The notes under the pieces: generated by a model | The model's database searches: none | The model's input: the letters and a program-made list of their open reading frames with translations, nothing else | Told to the model about the DNA's origin: nothing | Made by a program: the position numbers and the translations under genes | Assembly: GCF_009914755.1 (NCBI RefSeq) | Contig: NC_060931.1 | Source of the DNA: the human T2T-CHM13v2.0 reference genome, Homo sapiens | Reading direction: 5' to 3' (one strand) | Length of the DNA: 64,000 bases | Shown: positions 41,502-54,749 of the stretch, in pieces | Layout of the letters: each line of letters starts with the position of its first letter | How positions within the stretch are numbered: position 1 is the first letter of the stretch

Positions 41502-41686
41502 TCCATAGAGGTTTGGCGTTCATTCAGGTGTAAAGTTGTGTAGAGCTTCAGAGTGAAAACACAGAGAAGGGGTGGGATCCCTACATGACCCTGCAAAAGA
41601 ATTTTACCAATGGAAAAGAAGACTGCAGAAAAGGAGGAGCTTGGTATACAAATTGCCTGAAATTTCAGAGTTGGACTTCATCACTT

Positions 41687-41732
41687 GTCTGTGAGCCGAC
41701 GCAGGCAGGCGTATTCTATATCAACGACAGAC
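41687..41732. promoter_or_regulatory. Candidate BMP/Smad-responsive motif cluster
   Basis: GTCTG (41687), GCCGACGC matching the GCCGnCGC Mad/Smad1 box (41695-41702), CAGAC (41728); motif match only. Confidence 0.4.
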
Positions 41733-42611
41733 TCTCCTCTGCCATTTCCTTTCCTGAATCTAGTTAACATTCGGGTTTAATTTAAACGAAAATACATCGC
41801 TGTTCATTTGAAGAGACTGGCTTTCCCACAGTTGTTCTGTACTTTCCTCAGATTTTAGAGTATTTGGGTCAGAAAGGGAGTTCTTCCCAGATAACAGGAG
41901 GAATTCATGTGAGTTTAAATATTGCAGGACTTGCATGAAGCACCTAGTTAGCTAAACATTGCTTTCTCTCAAGAAGCAAACCAATATTTTTTTTTCCTTA
42001 AAGTAAAAGGCACAGAGCTAAAACCTGCCCCCTGGACATGCTTAAATAATGCAGCTTTGATCTACAAGAACTACTGTGCTGCTAGGTAAATTATTGCCAG
42101 GGGTTTTGTGTGGAGAATAATGAGCATAGTTCTGTCTACATTAAAGTAAGTAATACTCATTTTTGTCTTAAAAATGTGTCACAAGCATTAATATCCATAG
42201 CATTGTTTTACATAAAGCCATTTGTGACAGACTTTTTAGCGGATTCAAAATAATTTTTTCTAGATTTTTTCAGAACACAGATTCTACTCGTATTTACTAA
42301 ATATTTTGCTCATTACTTCCTTTGACTCTGCTGCCCAAGTAAGAAACCTATTTTTCTGAATTACTTTACCGGCACCCAGAACACGTGTTCCATTAATTAA
42401 TTATAGGCCACTGATGATCCCTTTAAAACAATCATAAAATTCTATTTCATCATGGGACATCTCAATTGGAATAACTATTCTGAATCATCTTTTCAATTAT
42501 AAATCCATTTTTGTCCTTTGTGTGGTTACCTAAATCACCTAATTTTGTATCTCTTTTCTGTATAAGCTTTTGTCCCTTGTAACTGCCATTTGCCTATATG
42601 TCTGCCTACCT

Positions 42612-42808
42612 GAATTTCTCCATAGCAGCGCTACTGGCATTTTGGAAGAGACAGTTCTTTATTATTGGGGGACCATCCTGTGTGTTTATCAGCATCCCTG
42701 GCTTCTAACGACTAGACGCCAGTAGCACCCCCCTAGTTGGTAACAAAAATAACTCCAAACATTGCCAAATGACCCCTACAGGGTAAAATCACCCCCAATT
42801 TAACCACT
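42612..42808 (-). mobile_element. MER20 (hAT-Charlie)
   Basis: AGCATCCCTGGCTTCTA..CTAGACGCCAGTAGCACCCCC..CCAAACATTGCCAAATGACCCC..AAAATCACCCCC matches the recalled MER20 consensus. Confidence 0.85.
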
Positions 42809-43724
42809 AATTATCTATTCATCTATCTCACTATAAAAGAAAGTAAAAATAAGTATAAAGGAAAAATATTATAATACCAAGAAATTATTGTTCTTTTTTA
42901 GGACAGAAATGGTACCGTAGTTTTGTTTTAAAACAATGACTGCTTCTCTATTAGAAGTATATACTGGAATATCCTTAGATGAAATGATTTTATATCATCT
43001 TTTACATTATATGGAATAAGCTAGAATAAGCTTCAAAAATAATATGAGGAGGTTAGAGGTGTGAGTGGCAAAAGATTAATTATAAGTTGATGGTTGTTAC
43101 AGTAGGATGGTAAAGTATTATATTCTGTTTATTCTTGTGTATGTTCCAAATTCTACATAATAAAAAGTTTAAAAACCAGAGTCAGACAATCAGTTTAATG
43201 GACGTATACTTCCTACTAACAATATATCTCTATCCTACGATTGGATAGTCATTTATTCTAACATCCTTCCTGGAAAATCATATGTCAGTTTATTTTGTGC
43301 AAATGGAGATTACAGGCATCCTTCTAAAATACTAACTATGAAGAATTTCCTGCCCTACTTATCAGGGGACTTGATGTTAATTACACAAAGCATGTTAATA
43401 TTAATCATTGACCTACAGACCCAATGCCTAAAGGAAATTAAAAGGTCAAAATAATCTAATCTGTTCCTCACTACTTTTTCTTTTTCTGTGTCAGAAGCAG
43501 GAGATATTTTAATTGGAATTTAATTATCGGGTTGGGCTAATGAGGTTGACCAAATTCACGCACAGTTATTAAATCTGCTGCACCTAGTATTCTGAAGGCT
43601 CAGCCTTAGGATATCACCTCAGGCAGAAGCAAAATTAGAAGAGAAGGCAATGTCGTTGTGCATGTGGACAGGACAAACTCAGAGTTCTTAGGCCCAATTT
43701 ACCCGACAGACCCCTAGAGAACTA

Positions 43725-44042
<318 letters not shown>

Positions 44043-44134
44043 CTACTTTGCTAAAATAGAAATAATCATAAATTTAATACTTAACAGTTATTCTGATCAG
44101 TTTAAAACAGCTCCATTAAAAATAACCACAAACT

Positions 44135-44167
44135 ATTGCTTCTCGGCCTTTTGGCTCAGATCAAGTG
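44135..44167 (+). pseudogene. U2 snRNA 5' fragment retrocopy (nt 1-33), tailless
   Basis: ATTGCTTCTCGGCCTTTTGGCTCAGATCAAGTG is 31/33 identical to the U2 5' end; flanked by 17-bp TSD AAAAATAACCACAAACT / AAGGATAACCACAAACT. Confidence 0.9.
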
Positions 44168-44569
44168 AAGGATAACCACAAACTGTAATAACCCAAGAAG
44201 AATGGATATAGATGTTTAATATTGAAATTGATTCTTTCTCATCTTCAGGCATTAGTATGTACCTGTTATTCCCTTTGCTTATAACACTCTTCCCTCATCC
44301 TCTTCCTTGGCTAATCACCTACTTTTCCTTCCAGTCTCAGTTTAGATGGCAATAGCACTGAGAAAACTTGCCTTGTCCTCTCTTCCCTCTATCTGCTCGT
44401 CTCAATCCAGCATACATGTGCCAGAGCAGCAACTTGCCTGATGACTTGGCAAGACTTATGAAAGAAGAACCATTTCTATCTTATGGGTATTGTGGAATAA
44501 GTGGTTAAATTAAGTATTTAGGAAATGTAGAAAAAATATTCTTTCATTAAAAAGAGATTGGCTAATATT

Positions 44570-45100
44570 TGTGGTAGGCAGTCGCTAAGATGGCTCCTAA
44601 TGATCCCCTTCTCATGATATTCACATCCTTGTAGCAATCCCCTTTTCTTCAGTGTGGGAAGAACTTAGTGATTAACTTCTAATTAGTATAACATACTAAC
44701 ATGATGAGATGTGACTTCTATGATTAGGTTTTCAAAAAACTATGACTTCTGTCTTTCTGGCTGCTCTCACTCTCTTGTTTGCTTTGGTGGAAGCCAGCTA
44801 CCATAATGTGTACTTCTCCATAGGAAGGTCCATGTAACAAGGAACTGATGCTCATAACCAACAAGCAACTGAATGAGGGCCTCAGCCAAACAGATGAGAA
44901 TTCCATCAACAATGACATGGGTGAGCTTAGAAGCAAATCCTCTCACAGGCAGATGAGGCTGCAGCCCTGTCCTACAACCTGAATGCAAACTTTAGGAGAG
45001 ACATCAAACCAGAGGCACCCACAAGAACTATGAGATAATAAATGTTTGTTGTTTTAACTAAGTTTTGGGATAATTTGTTATATAACAGATAATCAGTACA
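44570..45100 (+). mobile_element. MLT1E/F-like LTR
   Basis: TGTGGTAGGCAG..CTAAGATGGCTCC start; GAACTATGAGATAATAAATGTTTGTTGTTTTAA..TACA end. Confidence 0.8.
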
Positions 45101-45511
45101 ATGTTATTTGTAATTAAGTCATTTTGTGAATAATGCTAGGGCCTTGAGAGCATCAGATGTGGAATCATTAGACATGGTGACTGTGCATCTTGCCATCTTT
45201 GGGAGAGTGTTAAGACTTATTTTCTGTTCTCAGCTGTGCATCATTGCAAGAAAAATAAAATACAAATAGGAAATTTTGTTAAAGACTTATTTTCTAGTCC
45301 TCAGCTGAGCCATCAATGTGGTGGCATTATTAATAATCATATAATGGTATTAGAATTACTACTAGCAGCTTGATTTGTAAAAGCTGGAAACTAATTTTGA
45401 TTTTCTAAGTAGTGTCATCATATGACTTGGAAACTGAATTTGAAAATCTGAATTTGGATCTGAAATTGCATCTTAGTTCTACCATTTACGATATGTATGA
45501 ACTTGGATATA

Positions 45512-45960
45512 CAGTTGACCCTTGAACAACACAGGTTTGAACTGTGAGGGTGCACTTATACTTGGATTTTCTTCCACATCTGCCACCCCTGAGACAGCAA
45601 GACCAACCCTTCCTCTTATTCCTCCTTCTCAGCCTACTCACTATGAAGACAATGGAGATGAAGACATGTCTTATGATGATCCATTTCCACTCAATGAAGA
45701 ATAAATATATTTTCTCTTCCTTACAATTTTCTTAATAACATCTTCTTTTCTCTAGCTTACTTAAGAATAGAGTATATTTTATATATATATATATATATAA
45801 AACCTACAAAATATGTGTTAATCAACTGTTTATGTTATTGATAAGGCTTCCAGTTGACAGTAGGCTATTAGTAGTTAAGTTTTAGGGGAGTGAGAAGTTA
45901 TATGTGAATTTTCAACTGTACAGGGGTCAGCTCCCTAACTTCTGTGTTGTTCAAGTCAGT
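45512..45960 (+). mobile_element. Tigger2a-like non-autonomous DNA transposon inserted in a MIR
   Basis: TA|CAGTTGACCCTTGAACAAC terminal repeat; CCCTGAGACAGCAAGACCAACCC core. Confidence 0.85.
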
Positions 45961-46346
45961 TATACTTTCTGAAACTCTCCTAGTCAGTTTCTTCATCTAC
46001 AAAACATGACCACGCTTACCTACCTCACAGAGGAACAAAAATATATGAAAATGTCTAACACAAAACCTGGCACAGAAGAAATGTGGAAAAAATAGCCATT
46101 TAATATGAATCTAGGAGCATGGTTTTATATTATAGCCTTCAAATAATAAACATGAGTTTGGAAAGACTAGAGAAGTCTGAACGAAAATATGATTACCCTA
46201 TTTAAGGTAAAGAACAAAAAGTTAAGAGAAGGGAGATTTGTTTAGCCCAACAAAGTAAGAGATAATGGATAAATGTCATTAGGCTTAAAAAAATTAGTCT
46301 AATCAATTGTTTTTAATTTTTAACAGGGGATGCGTCTGAATACAAC

Positions 46347-47025
46347 AGTACCATTTATCTCCAGGGCATACGTTCCAACATCTCCAGTGAAAGCCTGAAA
46401 CCAGTTCCAAACCTGACTGGCATCATTTGGAACACGTTTCTGTTCGTCTCTCCCATACAGAAATTTAATGCCTTTTCCATCCTAATTAAGCGCTTATCAT
46501 GTACTGCGGCTGTAACTTGTGCAGTTTGAAGGGCCACAGCAAAACTAGCAGGAATTTTTTTCTTCTTTCATGGATCGAACGTTCTTTCTTACCATAGATC
46601 TTAGCAAACTCGGCATATGATTTTTTTTCTTTCTCTATTAAGTTGAAAACTTTCACCTTTTCACTTAAAGGAAACACTTTACGGCTTCTCTTTGGAAAAC
46701 CCGAATTGCCAGCATCACTACTCTTGTGCTTTGGGGCCGTTATGAAGTAAAATAAGAGTTCCTTGAGCACACAGCACTTTGATGCCCAACAGGTGATCTG
46801 ATAACCTAGACGGTCACTAAGTGACTAATAGTAGGTGGTGTAGACAACGTGGAGATGCTGGACAGTGGGAAGATTCACTCCCTTGGTGAGATGGAGCAAA
46901 GATGGCATGAGATTTCATCGCGCTACTCAGAACTGTGTGGAATTTCAAACTTATCAATTGTTTATTTCTGGAATTTTCCCTTCAGTGAAACCAAGGAAAG
47001 CAATATCACAGATAAAGGGGATTTC
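46347..47025. mobile_element. MER44 (Tigger7-derived) with transposase N-terminal remnant
   Basis: Minus ORF 46486..46770 contains PKRSRKVFPLSEKVKVFNLIEKEKKSYAEFAKIYGK, a CENP-B/pogo-type HTH. Confidence 0.85.
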
Positions 47026-47618
47026 CGAATATATAAACAAAAAGCATTTACTGAATACAAGAATAAACTATTTCTGCTCCTCTCTGGCTTAAAACTATTC
47101 TGAGAGTTCCCCTTAAGAGGATAGCACCTGTTAAATGGAAAAGTGGTTAGCTATTATAAGTTTAGAAAAAACACAACAAACTACCATAGAATCTTTATTC
47201 ATAAAAATCCTTAAAACGAGAATGAAATAATCACTTTCATTCATTTCATACTAGCGTGTATTGTGCCCAGTCTTTTTAAATACGGTGTCATCCAGGCAAA
47301 GCTGAATGAGACATGAAGCCTACCCTCTCTTCCTGTTCCAGAAAGCTCCTGGTTAGAATTTTACTAAAGGAACTCCCCTTAACGTACTCTTCCTGTAAAA
47401 TTTTCTTTCTTTCTCCCTCATCACCTTCATTAGTTGTCTCTTTATTTGTATTTTGTTTGAATGCTTGCTGGTCTTAATTGTTGAATATAATGTTTCATTT
47501 ATTATAAACTGCCTCACCATGAATAACATTAATTTAGAGAACCCAGCTTACAATACCCTGTGTAACCTGATAGAAAACCCAAGTGAAAAATCTCAAATCC
47601 AATAGACAGAGATCTAGA

Positions 47619-47735
47619 TAGGGTTCCTCCAGTCTCCACACTATTGACCTCCGGGCTGGAAAGTTCTGTTGTGGGGGATGTTTAGCAGTGTCCCTGGGCT
47701 GTACCCTCTAGATGCCAACAGCACCTCCCCCACCC
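47619..47735 (-). mobile_element. MER20, partial
   Basis: CACTATTGAC..GGATGTTTAGCAGTGTCCCTGG..CTAGATGCCAACAGCACC. Confidence 0.75.
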
Positions 47736-48009
47736 AGAAATTTCACAAGCAAGCACTAGGGAGTAGGTGAGGACAGCAGGGACAGGGCTTCCATCCGATT
47801 GCACAAACTAGCGCCAGTAGGAAGTTGTCCTTTTTACTTCCATTTATTACACTGCACAGTAGGAATCAATGCCCTCATTGTGTGCGTTCAGTCCAACAGT
47901 CCCTAAACTAAATCTGACAAAGGCTGGCAGCATATTAAACATCCTGCCCCCAGTGGTGAATGCAGATTGGAATTAGTTTTGTCCCACCAGCCTAATAATT
48001 GGTCTAAAA

Positions 48010-48158
48010 CAATGTTTCTACTGGGAGCCTGTTAGATATGCAAATTCTGGGCCTCACCTCAGACTTGAGTCAGAATCCCTTGGGCTGGAGCCTAGGAATC
48101 TGCGTTTTAACAAGCTTTCCAAGTGATTCTTAAGTATGCTAAAGTTTGAAGTAAACTG
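48010..48158. mobile_element. MER5A-like
   Basis: GTTAGATATGCAAATTCTGGGCC..GGAATCTGCGTTTTAACAAGC..GCTAAAGTTTGA. Confidence 0.75.
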
Positions 48159-48916
48159 TTATAGGATACACGCATGCCCTCATAACTGTGGCCTAGACTC
48201 ATGATCCCCATGAGGGTTGCCTAGTCTATTTAACTGGGCCTGTGCTCCAAATACTTCCAGTTTGCAGAATCAAATGGAAGCCCTGCCCTGAAGCTCTGCC
48301 CTCAAGGCCCAAACCCTAACCCATTTCCTTCTGCTATATTTATTTCTCCCTAGGGACTGGATACTCTCAGTGTCCCTCGGTCCTGATTAATGCTTTGTTT
48401 CACAGAAATGGACACCGAGAACCATGAAAATTACTACCTACAGTAGTACTATCACTCACTAGAAATTCTGGAAGCCACTTCTGATTTGCTCAGAGGTGAG
48501 CGTTGACCCAGATTTAGGTAAAATACTTGGATCGTTGTGATTTTGATTATTGTCCACCAGACTTAATGACATCCCACAGTCAAATTGGGCTCCTAGCCCT
48601 GGCCACATGCAGTGTTGCATCACTCTTCCCTGAGGAGTCCCTTATTCAAGTACCAGCAGGCTTCATGGCAAGGCCTAAGTCAGTTATGATCTTACATCAC
48701 TGGTAGATACTTGGGCTTAGAGACTTTACGTATGAAGTTCCCTGGTATGTCAGGATGCTGGAAAACCCAAGAATTTAGTAGGATTTGGCCCAACGATGCC
48801 ACAGTCTTTCCTGGAAAAAAAAAAGTCCTTGCAGAAATTTTCAATTTCAATTTTCATTTTTTTAAGTAAAATAATTTGCTTCCAAGTTATATACAGGTGG
48901 AATCTGTGGTGTAGGG

Positions 48917-49258
48917 CAGGGGTCACCAACCCTTGGGCTACGGACCAGTATTGATCCATGGCCTGTTAGGAACTGCACCACACAGCAGGAGGTGAGCGGC
49001 CAGGGAGTGAGCATGACCACCTGAGCGCCTCCTCGTGTCACATCAGAGGCGCATTAGATTCTAATAGGAGCACGAACGCTACTGTGAACTGCACGTGTGG
49101 GGGATCTAGGTTGCATGTTCCTTATAAGACTCTAACTAATGCTTGATGATCTGAGTTGGAAGAGTTTCATCTTGAAACTATCCTCATCTCCAGCTCCATC
49201 CATGGAAAAATCATCTTCCAAAATGGGGTCACGGTGCCAAAAAGATTGGGGACTGCTG
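48917..49258 (+). mobile_element. MER1B
   Basis: CAGGGGTCACCAACCC...GGTGCCAAAAAGATTGGGGACTGCTG; degenerate 8-bp TSD ending TAGGG. Confidence 0.88.
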
Positions 49259-49404
49259 TCATAGGGGGTTTCACAGCAACAGCATAGCTGGAGTGAAGGG
49301 GTCAGCATTGGGAAGGAAGGAAGTTTGACTCCATTGATTGGAAAGTTAGGTTGGAGCAGATTATTGACTACAATTTGCTTTGCATTTGAGAAGTTTGGAC
49401 ATTA

Positions 49405-49833
<429 letters not shown>

Positions 49834-50635
49834 ATAGAAAATTTCCAATATCCAGAAGTTCCCCTCCTGTCCCATTCTAGTAACTACTTCCTTTCTTCTC
49901 CCTAAAATAAACCACTCTCCTGATTTCTGACACCAGTTATTACTTTTGACTGTTTTAGAAATTGATGTAAAAAAGCTAACTTTTTTTCACTGTTGTGTAG
50001 TATTGTATTGCATGAACACCCCACACTTTATTCATCCAGTCTACTAGACTGCGTTGATGCCAATTGAGGCTATTATGGATAATGCTTCTATAAATGCTCC
50101 TGTACCTTTCTTTTATGTATGTGGTCATACATTTTTGTTTGATATATATCTAGTTGTGAAATGGATGCAATATAGGGTGTGTGTGTGTTCAACTTTAGGA
50201 GATAATACCAAAGAGTTTTCCAAAGTAATTTTAATAATTGAAATTTCCACTAGCCTTGACAGATTTGAAACAGGGACAGCATCAACACTATTTTTGGGAC
50301 GCTTAATCCACCTGCAACGTGTAAGATGGTTTAGTTGTGGTTATATTAGAACACAAGCAGGGGAAACATTATTGTGAGAGCCCAGGTGAAAAAGAATACA
50401 ATCTTGAACTTGAAGGAGAGAGGAAAGGCTAGGACAGAGATTAGAGATACTGTGTAGTTTAGGATGGTAGGTAATTGGAGAGGGAATCATATGTGAAAAT
50501 GATGTTTTAAACCTGAGTGAATGGGAGACTATAGTGTCAGGAGAAAGATGACAATAATGAGTATAGGCTGAGTTAAGACGAGGTTAGGTTGCTGATGGGA
50601 ATCTAAGAGAAGGTGTCTAAGAGACAACTAGAAAC

Positions 50636-50984
50636 TGTAGTAGTCTGTTTTCATGCTGCTGATAAAGATATACCCGAGACTGGGCAATTTACAAAAGAAA
50701 GAGGTTTAATTGGATTTGCACGTGGCTGGGGAAGCCTCACAATCATGGTGGAAAGCAAGGAAGAGCAAGCCACCTCTTACTTGGATGGCAGCAGGCAAAG
50801 ACAGAGAGCTTGTGCTGGGGCATTCCTCTTTTTAAAAACATCAGATCTCGTGAGACTTATTCACTATCACAAGAACAGCATAGGAAAGACTTGTCCCATA
50901 ATTCAGTTACCTCCCACTGGGTCCCTCCCACAACATGTGGGAATTCAAGATGAGATTTGGGTGGGGCACAGCCAAACCATATCA
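50636..50984 (-). mobile_element. THE1 (THE1B-like) solo LTR
   Basis: GTTTTCATGCTGCTGATAAAGATATACCCGAGACTGGG...ACAGCCAAACCATATCA. Confidence 0.93.
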
Positions 50985-51007
50985 AAACAGAGCTCAAGAA
51001 TTTGTCC

Positions 51008-51166
51008 GGGGTGGGGAGAGCATTAGGGAAAAGACCTAACGCATGCTGGGCTTAATACCTAGGTGATGGGTTGGTAGGTGCAGCAGACCACCATGGCACA
51101 CGTTTACCTATGTAACAAACCTGCACATCTTGTACATGTACCCCGGAATGTAAAAAAATAAAAGAA
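51008..51166 (+). mobile_element. Short L1PA 3' tail
   Basis: GGGCTTAATACCTAGGTGATGGG..CACCATGGCACACG; TSD AAGAAT(T/C)TGTCC. Confidence 0.88.
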
Positions 51167-52505
51167 AAGAATCTGTCCAGCTACTGAAGCAATTTCATGA
51201 GGATGCTTTTCTACAACATTATTATGATAGACCTTGGTTTAGAAAACTATTATACTGGTTTAAGACTTTCCTTTATATATCTACAGTCACCTAATCACGC
51301 TCCTAGATATTAAAATTTCACACCCTACGTTCAGTAATTCTCAAGTAGGATGAACTATTGTATAGATATATTTGTACAGGCTTATAAAATGTATGCCCTG
51401 TGTTTTAATGAAACCATAGGTAATACACATTTCTCCAGTTTCCTTTTATGTTGCCCATTTACCTATTGGCTTAGTCCAAGTTTTCATCATTTGTCTGAAC
51501 TGCTGTCCTAACTTCTTAGCTCATCTCTTGCCTTCCCAGTCTCATCATCCTAAAATGTACTCTCTGCAATGAGAACCAGAATGATCTTTGAAAAATGCAT
51601 ATCTGAACATCTCATTCAAAAATTGTTTGTTCCCTTTACTTGCATAATAAACAAACACCTTCATGAGCCAGCTACTCTGATTTCTTGCCACTCTCTTACT
51701 TATAGTTTGTGCTTCAGTAGTAGTTTCTCATACTCATGACTCTATGTAATGCTTTCATGCCTCTGCATATATTGTTCCTCCTGCCTAGAACACCATTCCT
51801 TCCTGTAAATGTTGTCACCATAATTCAAAATTCTGCTCCTTGAAGTGTTTTTAAATGTATAGACTTAATTAATCAAGCAATGAGAAAGAGAGACAAGGGC
51901 AACTGGAGCAAAAGGAAGCTTTTCTGAACATGTGGAGTATGGATCTATGAGAATTAGGTACTGTAATTTAAAATAATGTGACGACATTTCTTTTAGTCTC
52001 AATACAATTGTGTGATTTACTTTTCCAACCCTAACATACTGCAAAACATATTTATGGTTAGTAAAATAATTTAAAATATAATAAAATGAAACATTAAGAT
52101 AATGGGGAAAATGCAGATTTTTTAACATAGAATATTTAATTTGTGAGGCTTGAAAGAGAATACTGCTTTAAATTTTCAAATTTTCTGAACAAATATTCTT
52201 CTTCATGCTCCCACAGCAATAACAAGAAAATTAAAAAGATTACTGAACAATACTTAAACTTATTTAAAAATGTATTGAACACATGCAAAAGTGATTATGT
52301 TATAAAAAAGACTGGTACAGATTTCTACCTTTTTTAAAACTGAGATTATATAAATTTTGGAAAATAACATGTACATGTTGTAAAAAATGTAAATAGTTTA
52401 CTCAGTAGAAGGATAAAATCCACCTCTTCTCATCCTTCTTCCAATGCCATTCTTCAGAGATAATCACATTTAAGAATTTCTTGTGATGTTTTCCAATATT
52501 GTCTG

Positions 52506-52608
52506 CATTTATAAGCATGTTTAGGTACATATACATTTATACCTAAACATGCTTATAAATGTGTACATACTTATACATGCTTATAAATGTATGCATGCTT
52601 ATAAATGT
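52506..52608. repeat. 22-bp perfect inverted repeat plus three direct 15-mers
   Basis: Arms 52506-52527 and 52540-52561; CATGCTTATAAATGT at 52548, 52576 and 52594. Confidence 0.95.
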
Positions 52609-53519
52609 ACACATACATATATATTTTACATTTTTATATGGACTGGATCATGCTATACATATAACTTCTCCAACTACGTTTTACACTTAATAATCTATAT
52701 TGGGTATTTTCCCATATCAGAACATACAGATTTACCCCATTCTTCTTAACCCCTTCAATGAATGAGTTGTATGGATGTACCATAGCCTATTTATCCAGTT
52801 CTCTGTTGATGAATATTTAGAGTGTTTTCAGGTTTTCTTCTTTATAAATGTGGTGGGATATTTTCAAAACCTAATAGTTTTGAACTATTAGGTTGTTATC
52901 CCCCTGTTTTCTCCATTCCTTTATCCAAGTAGGTGGGGAGAGATAAAGAGTGGGAGTGGAAGAGTGGGGTGAGCATGCACACTTCATGAAAGACCAGAAG
53001 CCAAGCCTGTTTACTGACAGTGTCCAGACAGAAGACTAGGCTTCAGAAAGGCATGGTAAGCACATTCCTTGATGATTCCAAGGACCCAGAAGGATATGTA
53101 ATTCCAGCACCTCTGGACCTGAAAGGACTGTGCAGACTGGGTGTGGACACCTTGGCTGTAACCAATGGGGAATGATTGCTCATGATCACTGTCTGTAGGG
53201 ACCTCCCCAGTGCCTTGGTCCTACTGGACAAAACTTTGTAAAGTTCTTGGAGAGTGGCTAGGAAAGGAGGAAGGGGAAAATAAGGGTCAGGGTTCTAAAT
53301 GAAATTGATTTTAAAATATAAAGAAATGCAATTCAAGTTTTCGGTTTTTTGTTGATTTATTTTGCACATCTAAGCTTCTTGACTGGAATTCATACCATCT
53401 TCATAAACATTTGCAATTTTCAAGATACCAAGATTATTTAATATATCTTTATACTTAAAGTCAAACTTTAATTTTGGAGACATTTTATCCATAAGAGCCT
53501 AAATCTTTTACATTTATTA

Positions 53520-53835
<316 letters not shown>

Positions 53836-53976
53836 AAGAGAAAATGCCCATTTGAAATGGTGTTCTTTTATGCTGACACAGTTACCTGTGGAATTTTTGG
53901 TTATCCATTCTTTTATTTAAAAAAGAATTTCAACAAAAATAAACCATAACTTTACTAGAGTCTCAAGTTGTTAGAT

Positions 53977-54270
53977 TTTTTTTTTTTTTTGAGACAGTCT
54001 CATTCTGTTACCCAGACTGGAATGCAGTGGCGCAGTCTTGGTTCACTGCAACCTCTGCCTCCTGGGTTCAGGTGATTCTCATGCCTCAGCCTCCTAGTAG
54101 CTGGGATTCCAGGCTTGCACTACCACGCCCAGCTAATTTTTGTTTTTTTATTAGAGACGGGATTTCCCATGTTGGCCAGGCTGGTTTCGAACCCCTGACA
54201 TCAAGTGATCCTCCCACCTTGGCCTCCTAAAGTTAGGGGGGATTACAGGAGTGAGCCACCGTGCCAGGCT
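53977..54270 (-). mobile_element. AluS
   Basis: Full dimer, TSD TTGT(T/C)AGATTT. Confidence 0.95.
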
Positions 54271-54315
54271 TGTCAGATTTATTATATCACTTTGATCACT
54301 TTGTTTTCACACTGA

Positions 54316-54749
<434 letters not shown>

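Noticed and set aside
46486-46770. Transposase-like HTH ORF as a domesticated gene
   Set aside because: Short, frameshifted remnant inside a non-autonomous MER44; no catalytic domain.
50613-51026. 137-aa ORF
   Set aside because: Lies almost entirely in the antisense strand of a THE1 LTR and has a non-ATG start.
52548-52608. Short direct repeats with spacers resembling a CRISPR array
   Set aside because: Eukaryotic DNA, only three 15-mers, irregular 13- and 3-nt spacers derived from the repeat itself, no cas genes.
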